Shown here one piece after another: positions 29,311-37,310 of a DNA stretch of 64,000 bases; the stretch's first letter is position 1, and each line of letters opens with the position of its first letter. The position numbers were made by a program, and so were the translations under genes. Source of the stretch: Candidatus Altimarinota bacterium (GTDB lineage Bacteria > Patescibacteriota > Gracilibacteria > 1-14-2-50-48-13); assembly GCA_046314355.1 (NCBI GenBank), contig JBKBWQ010000001.1:576001-640000 (forward strand), in the 5' to 3' direction. The notes beneath the pieces were generated by a model. That model ran no database searches. It was not told where the DNA came from and saw only the letters and a program-made list of their open reading frames with translations.

Positions 29311-29387
29311 ATAGTATCTTAATCGATTTAAATAAATTAATCAAATAAGAATCATTTACACATACTGAAATTTATTTTAAAAGAACA

Positions 29388-30401
29388 TCAGCCTGCATTT
29401 TCCCAAATACTGCGCATGCGAATACTACGCTTAAAATCTCTTTCAAAAAGCTGTTCCTTCACGGTATTTACAATTTGCATGTCGTTTGTACCTAGATTGA
29501 ATTCTTTGTTTCGTTTCATGCTTCTATATGTTGCATTTGCAGAACCAAGAGAAACATATTCATTATCAATCAGATATACCTTTAAGTGATTGAGTGTTTT
29601 TCCATAAATAAATATATCTATATCAAAATATCTCATCCACTTCACAGTAACAGCATGCTGAAGCCTAGTAATAAGATGATTACTAACCTTTGGGACTATG
29701 ACTTTCACATCTATCCCTCGTTTTTTAGCATCGATCAGTGCCCTTATCAGCCTTATATCAGTAATATACGGTACTTCGATAAAAATGTTTTTCTTTGCGG
29801 ACCTAATCCGCTTATTGAGATCTTCTTCAATGTCGTTTTGCTTAAAATCAGTCACGAGCATGTCATAATGATTATTCCCCCATTCGAGTTTATATGAAGA
29901 AACCTCGCCATCCACCCACTCGGCGAGAAAAATACGTTCAAATCCAGCAGCAATGAGAGGTTCTCGTATATGAATAAAAATATCATGCCATTCAAATTGG
30001 TAATGGTCCCCGATATTCATTCCTCCAGTAAATGCTTCCTTTGAGTCTATTACAATAATCTTTCTATGATCAAGCTGGAAGTGGAAAGGATTTGGTTCTC
30101 CCGCATGTACGATCTGCACTCCTTGAGTTTTCAAAAAACGCAGCAGCGCCATTCGTCCAGTGATTGCTCTCCAGTTGAATAAGGAAAAGTAATATGTACC
30201 AATTTGATCATACATTACCTTCACATCTAAACCTTCTCTTGCCTTTTTTGCGAGAATCAAAGCCATATCCCATCCAGTCTTGTCATCAGCAAAGATAAAC
30301 ATTTCAATATAAATAGAATGCTCTGCCTGCTCCAGCCGTTCAAAAAGGGTCCTGAATGCAGAAATGCCGTCCACCAAAAGCGTAAAATGTACAGGAAGCA
30401 T
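29388..30401 (-). CDS. Phospholipase D / cardiolipin synthase-like protein
   Basis: Two HKD motifs: 'DHRKIIVIDSKEAFTGGMNIG' and 'NHLKVYLIDNEYVSLGSAN'. Confidence 0.9.
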   Translation of the reverse strand: MLPVHFTLLVDGISAFRTLFERLEQAEHSIYIEMFIFADDKTGWDMALILAKKAREGLDVKVMYDQIGTYYFSLFNWRAITGRMALLRFLKTQGVQIVHAGEPNPFHFQLDHRKIIVIDSKEAFTGGMNIGDHYQFEWHDIFIHIREPLIAAGFERIFLAEWVDGEVSSYKLEWGNNHYDMLVTDFKQNDIEEDLNKRIRSAKKNIFIEVPYITDIRLIRALIDAKKRGIDVKVIVPKVSNHLITRLQHAVTVKWMRYFDIDIFIYGKTLNHLKVYLIDNEYVSLGSANATYRSMKRNKEFNLGTNDMQIVNTVKEQLFERDFKRSIRMRSIWENAG

Positions 30402-30475
30402 GCATGAATTTAGGAATAGTATGGTGAGTATAGCGAAGATGAATGATATTGGAAAGAAGGAATAAAGGAGGACGT

Positions 30476-30610
30476 GGACTCGGTAATTGGGCGCACATCA
30501 TTGAGTAATTGAGCTCAATGATGTGCGCCCAATGATAGGAGCCAAATTATAAGAGCCCGCCAATGAGCTCCAAATTATTGAGCCCAAATTACTAATTACT
30601 CAATTACTTT
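30476..30610. repeat. Modular palindromic intergenic array, copy 5
   Basis: Perfect 20-bp inverted repeat at 30486-30505 / 30514-30533; five tandem 14-mers from 30521, then AATTACT heptamers. Confidence 0.9.
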
Positions 30611-30673
30611 CCTTCCTCCCCTTGACTTCCCATTTTAAATTTATATTGTAAATTCATATAACAACTATTTACA

Positions 30674-31291
30674 ATGAATAAATTGAATCGGTATGTTTAT
30701 GTAGGAGTAATTCTATGCACTTTTACAAGCTGTAGTCTTCCTTGGCAGGCTCCTGCGGCTCCCACTCCAACTGGGCCCGATAATATTGAACGTGCATTCC
30801 CAGATGATCTCGCTTGGGTAGAAAATTATGGCAGACCTGAATATATTGCCGCTACTCCTACTATCAAGACACCCACAGGACCTTCCAATACCCCAGATCC
30901 AAATTTTCCTAGGCAATGGAAAATATACAGACATTCTACTCTTCCAATAAGTTTTGCCTATCCGGCGGACGCAGTTGTTACAAAACGAGAAATAGATCTT
31001 GATAATGGAGATAACGCCATTGATGTAGAAATAAGGGAGCCAAGATACAATTTAATCACCCTTACATTTCAAAGAGATATCCCGCAACTTAGTCACATAG
31101 CCACTTCACAGAAATCTCCGATGACTTTTGGAGGACTTACAGGTATGTACTATAATGCAAGAAATTTTGGAAATGGTAATCCATCTTTAGAAAAATTTAT
31201 TGCAAATTTACCTAATAGCAGGTATGGAATTCATGTAGCAGGACAAGGACCTTTATTTCAAACACTCCTAAGCAGCATTCAGTTGTATTAA
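30674..31291 (+). CDS. Hypothetical lipoprotein
   Basis: 'FTSC' lipobox, Pro/Thr linker, 'WKIY...ISFAYP' PsbP-like start. Confidence 0.7.
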   Translation: MNKLNRYVYVGVILCTFTSCSLPWQAPAAPTPTGPDNIERAFPDDLAWVENYGRPEYIAATPTIKTPTGPSNTPDPNFPRQWKIYRHSTLPISFAYPADAVVTKREIDLDNGDNAIDVEIREPRYNLITLTFQRDIPQLSHIATSQKSPMTFGGLTGMYYNARNFGNGNPSLEKFIANLPNSRYGIHVAGQGPLFQTLLSSIQLY

Positions 31292-31322
31292 AAAGTATTT
31301 TATTCACTCTTCTCACTTACTC

Positions 31323-31661
31323 ATGGTATATCAGCTAAAAGTCATATTTAATTCAAAGAATATTGAGGAATATCAGGAATTTACTAACTTCACAAAAGTG
31401 ATTAGTGACCTTAATGAAGAGGAAGGTGTAAATACCTATAACGTAGAAAGCTTGGACATAGCAGATATGGACCAGGAAGATATTGAGCATCTTGAGGATG
31501 AGTATGATCCAATTAATGGACCAAAGACTATTATTGAAAAAGATGACGACTTCTGGATACATGAATTTATCCCAAGTAGTGAAGATGATCTTATGAATAT
31601 GATTGAAGAGAATACAACAGAAAGTGATGAATTTGAAGACGATGAAGATGATTACAGATAG
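31323..31661 (+). CDS. Very acidic small hypothetical protein
   Basis: 112-aa ORF, strongly D/E-rich. Confidence 0.7.
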   Translation: MVYQLKVIFNSKNIEEYQEFTNFTKVISDLNEEEGVNTYNVESLDIADMDQEDIEHLEDEYDPINGPKTIIEKDDDFWIHEFIPSSEDDLMNMIEENTTESDEFEDDEDDYR

Positions 31662-31666
31662 AGTAT

Positions 31667-31703
31667 AAAAAAAACTCTTTGCCAGTGGCAGAGAGTTTTT
31701 TTT
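31667..31703. terminator. Bidirectional intrinsic terminator
   Basis: AAAAAAAACTCTTTGCC-AGT-GGCAGAGAGTTTTTTTT. Confidence 0.8.
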
Positions 31704-31716
31704 ATTGTAGAACTTT

Positions 31717-33021
31717 TTAAGTACTTATTACGCGGGTTACCTGCTTCAAGATCTTTGTAAGCATTGCTTCATCCCCAGCAAGATCAAGCAATAGATTCGC
31801 AAGTCCCATAGGAGTGATATCCTGCTGATTCTTCAATTTACCTGTATCATCTATAACATTTATTACCTCATCCGGGCAAATAAATGCAATCTGCGGAGTA
31901 CGTGCAAAACGCAGTTTCTGGTGCCACACACCTGAAGAGAGAGCTCCTGAGAGCTCCGGAAGAAGGGATCCTCCTCCACAGAGAAGAATACGTGAAGGAA
32001 GAATCTCCACCTCTTCGAACTCTTTGAGTGCAAGCTCTAATCCATCAAGCCAAGAAGCTACATCTTCTTTTACTACCTGCTCCACTTCCTTAAAGATTTT
32101 TCCAGTAAGTTTTCTTGCAGAATAATTTAGCTTTAACTCCTCTGCTTCAAGAAAAGGCAGATTAAGGTGACGGGCAATACGTCTTGTGAAGACACGTCCA
32201 CCTATACCATACATTTTTGTTCCAACAATACCTCCATTTTGCACTAGAGCCACATCAGTCGTACCTCCGCCGACATCTATAAAGATACCGCTAAAATCCG
32301 TACCATCTGATGCAGCATATGCTTTTGATACTGCATATGGCTCAACCACTATTGATAGAAGCTCTTTCCCCATTTCTTCAGCAATACTTCGAGCTGATTC
32401 ATAATGGACAAGAGGAGCAAAGGCATTAAATATGCCAACCTGTACATGTTTCCCTTTAAATCCAAGCGGATTTGATACTCGGTACCCATCAATACGTACG
32501 TCAACTAACGCTGTATGAACAAGTTTGACATCTATTTCTGAATATCCAGTTTCCCAAGAAAGCTCTTTTCGAATACGCTCAAAGGCTTTCCATTGAATCT
32601 TATGTACGATATGTCTAAGTTCAGGCAGAGTGATCTTTTCTTCTTTTCTCTCTCTCATATATTCTACAGATACAGTAGCTCCTTTTACCAGTTCTCCTGC
32701 AATACCCAGCACCACCTGGTCTGTCTGCATATGTGCTTCTGCTTCTGCTTCCTTTGTGGCGAGTTCACAGTTCTTCAGTACATTTTCAATGTCAATAATT
32801 CCTCCATTAAACATATCTCCAAGTCTTTGCTTCTGCTTACCAACTCCTTTTACGTGAATCTTTCCATCAATAGGATTTAATTCACAGACAAGTGCTTTTA
32901 CTACCTCCGTACCAATATCTAACGCTAACACACCTCTCCGTTCATGATGTCTTCCACGATGATTTGGGAACCGAGTATCTTTGGAAACACCTCCGATAAT
33001 TTTTTTTAGAAAAGAAAACAT
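31717..33021 (-). CDS. FtsA-like actin-fold ATPase
   Basis: 'ALDIGTEVVKA', 'IDVGGGTTD' and 'LCGGGS' phosphate/adenosine motifs; no adjacent ftsZ. Confidence 0.85.
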   Translation of the reverse strand: MFSFLKKIIGGVSKDTRFPNHRGRHHERRGVLALDIGTEVVKALVCELNPIDGKIHVKGVGKQKQRLGDMFNGGIIDIENVLKNCELATKEAEAEAHMQTDQVVLGIAGELVKGATVSVEYMRERKEEKITLPELRHIVHKIQWKAFERIRKELSWETGYSEIDVKLVHTALVDVRIDGYRVSNPLGFKGKHVQVGIFNAFAPLVHYESARSIAEEMGKELLSIVVEPYAVSKAYAASDGTDFSGIFIDVGGGTTDVALVQNGGIVGTKMYGIGGRVFTRRIARHLNLPFLEAEELKLNYSARKLTGKIFKEVEQVVKEDVASWLDGLELALKEFEEVEILPSRILLCGGGSLLPELSGALSSGVWHQKLRFARTPQIAFICPDEVINVIDDTGKLKNQQDITPMGLANLLLDLAGDEAMLTKILKQVTRVIST

Positions 33022-33160
33022 GAGAAAAAAGAGAGCAAACTACTGCCGTATCTTAGTCCAGCAAAGACCATAAGTCAACGCTCCATTTCTCTTTTGCTGG
33101 ACTTTACTTTTACACATACGTCTACTATGATAGATCCACTTAAATATTTATCATATCAGA

Positions 33161-34675
33161 ATGAATGTAGTCCGCACCCGGCTCGCTCCTAGTCCCACCG
33201 GCTTTCTCCATATTGGTACTGCACGTACTGCTATATATAATTACTTGATTGCAAAGCAGTCAGGAGGTCAGTTTATACTACGTATCGAAGATACAGATCA
33301 GGGCAGATATGTAGAGGGTGCTACTGAAGCTATCTTTGAAGGACTCAAGTGGCTCGGTTTAATCTATGATGAAGGTCCTGATGTGGGAGGACCATTTGCT
33401 CCCTACATTCAAACAGAGAGACTTAAAAGACATAAGGAAGCTGCAGATGAGCTGATTCAGAATGGACATGCATACCGATGTTTTTGTACTCCAGAAAGAC
33501 TTACTGAGCTCAGAGAAATACAGAAACTCAAGAAGCTTCCTCCCGCTTATGATCGAAAATGCAGAAGTCTTTCTCAAGAAGAAATTGATGCACATCTTTC
33601 AAATGGAGACACTTTTACCATACGGCTTAAAATGCCTCTTGAAGGAGAGATCATATGTGAAGATGCAATCCGCGGTAAAATATCATTCCCAGCAAAGGAT
33701 ATAGATGATCCTATTCTACTTAAAACAGACGGCTATCCTACCTATCATCTTGCAGCAATCATAGATGATCATGATATGGAGATTACACATGTAATCCGTA
33801 CCGAAGAATGGCTTCCATCTTATCCTAAGCATGCATATCTTTATACTTGTTTTGGTTGGGAGCAGCCTGTCTATCTCCACGGTCCATTAGTACTCAACGA
33901 TGACAGAAGTAAGATGAGCAAACGTAAAGGAGATGTAGCACTTAGCAGTTATATTAAGAAAGGTTACCTAAAAGAAGCACTTATTAATTTCCTTGTACTT
34001 TTAGGATGGAGTGGACCAAATGATAAAGAATTCTGGACTATAGAAGAACTTATTGAAAGCTTTGACTTTACTAAGGTTCATAAGTCAGGGGCTATCTTCA
34101 AACCTGAGAAACTTGATTTTTTCAATGCTCACTATATTAGACAAAAAAGCGTTGAAGAACTTACAGAGATACTTATTGAATATCTAGCAACAAATGATCT
34201 TCTTGAGGAAAAAGATGATGTTACTCTTTTACTCAAAGGAAGCCTAAATATAGAAGTAAGCAGAGCGGTGTTTGAACTTATGGTGCGGCATGGACAAGGA
34301 CGCTTGGTAACTTTAAGTGATTTCTTTCCTGCCCTTGGGATGTATTTCAAAAAAGAAATGCAATATGCTCCTGAGTTATTGACAAATGAAAAAATGAAAA
34401 CAGACATCAATACTGCTAAACAGTCAATTGATCTCCTTGTTACTACTCTTGAAGCTTTTCCAAATGAAGATTGGGAGCTAGATAAGTTAAAAAACCATCT
34501 ACTTGCAACTATCGCAGAAAATGGAATGAAAAACGGACAAGTACTTTGGCCAATGCGCTCAGCCTTAACTGGAGAGACGCAAAGCCCAGGAGCATTTGAA
34601 GTGGCAGAAATTTTAGGAAAAGAAGAAACATTAAAAAGACTAAAAGTTGCAAGAGAAATCTTGAGTTCTTTTTAA
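33161..34675 (+). CDS. gltX: Glutamate--tRNA ligase
   Basis: 'RLAPSPTGFLHIG', 'LRIEDTD', KMSKR. Confidence 0.97.
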   Translation: MNVVRTRLAPSPTGFLHIGTARTAIYNYLIAKQSGGQFILRIEDTDQGRYVEGATEAIFEGLKWLGLIYDEGPDVGGPFAPYIQTERLKRHKEAADELIQNGHAYRCFCTPERLTELREIQKLKKLPPAYDRKCRSLSQEEIDAHLSNGDTFTIRLKMPLEGEIICEDAIRGKISFPAKDIDDPILLKTDGYPTYHLAAIIDDHDMEITHVIRTEEWLPSYPKHAYLYTCFGWEQPVYLHGPLVLNDDRSKMSKRKGDVALSSYIKKGYLKEALINFLVLLGWSGPNDKEFWTIEELIESFDFTKVHKSGAIFKPEKLDFFNAHYIRQKSVEELTEILIEYLATNDLLEEKDDVTLLLKGSLNIEVSRAVFELMVRHGQGRLVTLSDFFPALGMYFKKEMQYAPELLTNEKMKTDINTAKQSIDLLVTTLEAFPNEDWELDKLKNHLLATIAENGMKNGQVLWPMRSALTGETQSPGAFEVAEILGKEETLKRLKVAREILSSF

Positions 34676-34755
34676 GACAAGCATATACTCCAACTGGATA
34701 CGAACCACATAACACCATACTCATGAAAATATCACATATATACCAGATTTATACG

Positions 34756-35049
34756 ATGCTGAAAGGGACAGTACGATGCCCGCATTGTAAAGAACTTTGC
34801 GATGCAGAAGAGATTGAACTCGTAGATCTCTGCGATAATGAATGTACCTTTGCAATTTATTGTGATGAGTGCGACGTAGCCATTGAAGCAGATGTAGTAA
34901 TGTATGAAAACGGACAGGCGCCATCTATTAATCTTACTTCTCATGAAAAGATTACTCAAGAAGATATAGACTCTATCGGAAAAGTACTCTCCAATCACAA
35001 AGGAAGTCTTAAAAAACTCTTTGGAAAAGCTGGGAAAGGGAAAAAATAG
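34756..35049 (+). CDS. Zinc-ribbon hypothetical protein
   Basis: CPHC...CDEC motifs and an 'ITQEDI...L..HKGSLKKLF' tail. Confidence 0.7.
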   Translation: MLKGTVRCPHCKELCDAEEIELVDLCDNECTFAIYCDECDVAIEADVVMYENGQAPSINLTSHEKITQEDIDSIGKVLSNHKGSLKKLFGKAGKGKK

Positions 35050-35069
35050 TTTATATTTATTTTTACTAT

Positions 35070-35291
35070 ATGAAAAGCCGTCTTTTACTTGTACCTCTTT
35101 TACTTATAACTCTTGCAGGCTGCAGTTCTCAAGCAGAAAAGATACAGGGAGATCTTATGCAGAAGAAAGATGAACTCAGTAACAGCGCAGCAAGCTCTAT
35201 TGAAAAGATTCAAACGAAAGCAAAACAAGGAAAAGAGGCTCTTGATAGCGTACAAAATGCAGCAAAGAAAGTAGACGAATTCTCAAAGTAA
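35070..35291 (+). CDS. Small lipoprotein
   Basis: LAGC lipobox, amphipathic helical body. Confidence 0.75.
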   Translation: MKSRLLLVPLLLITLAGCSSQAEKIQGDLMQKKDELSNSAASSIEKIQTKAKQGKEALDSVQNAAKKVDEFSK

Positions 35292-35292
35292 T

Positions 35293-35320
35293 AAAAAACC
35301 CTCCGACCGGAGGGTTTTTT
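35293..35320. terminator. Bidirectional intrinsic terminator
   Basis: AAAAAACCCTCCG-AC-CGGAGGGTTTTTT. Confidence 0.85.
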
Positions 35321-35328
35321 ATTACTTA

Positions 35329-35982
35329 TTACTCAGTTCTAAGAAATTTTTTATAGTACATTACGCCACTCGAGATTATAAGAGCTAACAGCACTAGGAA
35401 TATATCTTCTGGACCGCTCTGAGGAGCCTGTGCTGGAGTAGCAGTAACCACCTGAGTTGCTGGCTTAGCTGTCACCGGCTGCGGGACCGCTGCAACTGGC
35501 ACAACCGCTTCTGCTGTATAGGCAGAAGAGTGCAGATCACTTTCTTCGCCAGTATAAGATGTCTGTACTAGATCTGCAAAATCATCAGTATTAGATGTTG
35601 CAGTATTTATATTCAAATTTGTTTCAGAAGCAGCTGGCGCAGAAGTGTAGATAATATTAGAATCATTCGTATTCATACTGGAGATATCCATAGTGTTCAT
35701 CTCTGACGTCCCAAGACTATTACTATTTTGTAGTTGAACTGTGCTTGATATGCTTGTTCCTGATCCGCCTGTTGTACTTTCAACAGCATTTAGTAGACCA
35801 CCAGTCGTCACAAAATCATTTGTATTCAGATTATCATTTATATTCGTGATTGAGGACTGATTAATGATATCAGACTGGAAGACATTACCTCCAGAAGAGA
35901 GCCAAAGCACACTTCCGCCAAGTCCTAGCACGAGGAAGAAATAAGTTCCTTTTTTGATAAGTTCTAGTTGATTACGTGTCAT
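35329..35982 (-). CDS. Ser/Thr/Asn-rich surface protein with a C-terminal PxxGPE-TM-basic tail
   Basis: N-terminal TM; ends 'APQSGPE-DIFLVLLALIISSGVMYY-KKFLRTE'. Confidence 0.75.
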   Translation of the reverse strand: MTRNQLELIKKGTYFFLVLGLGGSVLWLSSGGNVFQSDIINQSSITNINDNLNTNDFVTTGGLLNAVESTTGGSGTSISSTVQLQNSNSLGTSEMNTMDISSMNTNDSNIIYTSAPAASETNLNINTATSNTDDFADLVQTSYTGEESDLHSSAYTAEAVVPVAAVPQPVTAKPATQVVTATPAQAPQSGPEDIFLVLLALIISSGVMYYKKFLRTE

Positions 35983-37292
35983 GCTGTTTTATGTTTGAAT
36001 GTAAAATATGCTGCAAGTGCAATACTCATCGCCGCAAGAATGAAGAGAATATGCTCCGGTCCATTTGCAGGCGTATGAGGCACTTTTGCAAGCGACGCTC
36101 TAGCCTGATCAGACAGATCATATGCCTTTACAGTTCCAGGACCGCCAGCTGCAGACTTGAGTTCATCAAACCGCAGTGTCTCAGCAGTACCAGTCTGCAC
36201 TTCGTATTCCTTCGTAGTTGCACTTTGAGTACCATCTGCATAGAGATGGGAAAGTACAAAATAGTATGTAGTATTTGCCTTTAAATTCTTAAAAGTATAT
36301 CCAGAGATAGGAGCAGATATATTTTTACTTCTTGCGAATTGATCCCGAACTGTTGAATAGTATATAACAGTTGATGCAGCTGCAGGATCACCTTTCCATG
36401 TAAGACCGATTGATCTTGGAGCCTTAGTGAACTCAATATCCGTTGGGGCAGTCTTCGTTATACTGACAGTAGGCTCAGGTATGAATTGATTAGTATTCTC
36501 ATTCATATTCTCTGTTGGAAGAGTATTTAATATAGTAGTAGCATCAGGACTTAAGTCTGCGAAATCGCTGCTTTGTGATCCAGATGTCCCCAAAGATCCT
36601 AAAGAGGTAGTTGGAGATGATGTTGTCTGTGGAATATCATTTGTATTATTATTCTGATTACCTACGGTAACTACTGATGTATTGGTATTTGCATTTTGAG
36701 AAGATCCTGCATTTGCATTACCATTAGTAGATGCAGATCCCTGACCTACTGGTATCACAAGAGACTTAAATTTTGTATAATCTACAATATTTGTTGCAAC
36801 ATCATCCACTACGACATTCGCACTATTTTTTGTAAGACTTCCGTCGGGGTCTTGGTAAAAGTCAAATTTCAACTCGTCGCCAGTAGTATCACTTAAGACT
36901 TCAAATTGAGCTGTCGCAAGAATAAAGCTATCTTTTCCAGAGGTTGGATTTGTAGCTAATCTGCTTACCTTCATCACTTTATTTTCAGGAGAAAAAGGAT
37001 CATCTTTTACAAGATTAAGATCAAAATCAGGGGCAGTGCCAAAGTCGACACTCTTCCCTTTTACCTTTACAGGATCATAAGTCACCCAAGTCTCAAAGGA
37101 AGCAATATTCTGTTTTGATGGGTTTGAAAGCGCTAAGATTACATTTACAGTATCACCCTTCTTAGCAGTAGCTTCTTTACTCGTAAGTATAAAATACGCA
37201 TCCTGCGGAGCCTCCTGTGCAGATGTAAAATAAGCAAAGCTGAGGCTTAAGCCGAGTAGTCCTGTACATGCTAGTATTTTATAAATTTTCAT
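35979..37292 (-). CDS. Cohesin-like plus FN3-like surface protein with a PxxGPE-TM-basic tail
   Basis: Signal peptide; 'GDTVNVILAL...FETWVTYDPVKV...LATAQFEV' (cohesin-like); 'LTW...YTFKNLKANTTYYFVL' (FN3); ends 'TPANGPE-TM-KHK'. Confidence 0.75.
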   Translation of the reverse strand: MKIYKILACTGLLGLSLSFAYFTSAQEAPQDAYFILTSKEATAKKGDTVNVILALSNPSKQNIASFETWVTYDPVKVKGKSVDFGTAPDFDLNLVKDDPFSPENKVMKVSRLATNPTSGKDSFILATAQFEVLSDTTGDELKFDFYQDPDGSLTKNSANVVVDDVATNIVDYTKFKSLVIPVGQGSASTNGNANAGSSQNANTNTSVVTVGNQNNNTNDIPQTTSSPTTSLGSLGTSGSQSSDFADLSPDATTILNTLPTENMNENTNQFIPEPTVSITKTAPTDIEFTKAPRSIGLTWKGDPAAASTVIYYSTVRDQFARSKNISAPISGYTFKNLKANTTYYFVLSHLYADGTQSATTKEYEVQTGTAETLRFDELKSAAGGPGTVKAYDLSDQARASLAKVPHTPANGPEHILFILAAMSIALAAYFTFKHKTA

Positions 37293-37310
37293 AAAGTATT
37301 ATAAGAGAGA

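Noticed and set aside
26116-30401. Integrated element at tRNA-Leu
   Set aside because: No integrase and no duplicated tRNA 3' end (att site) was found; the adjacent genes are thyA-folA.
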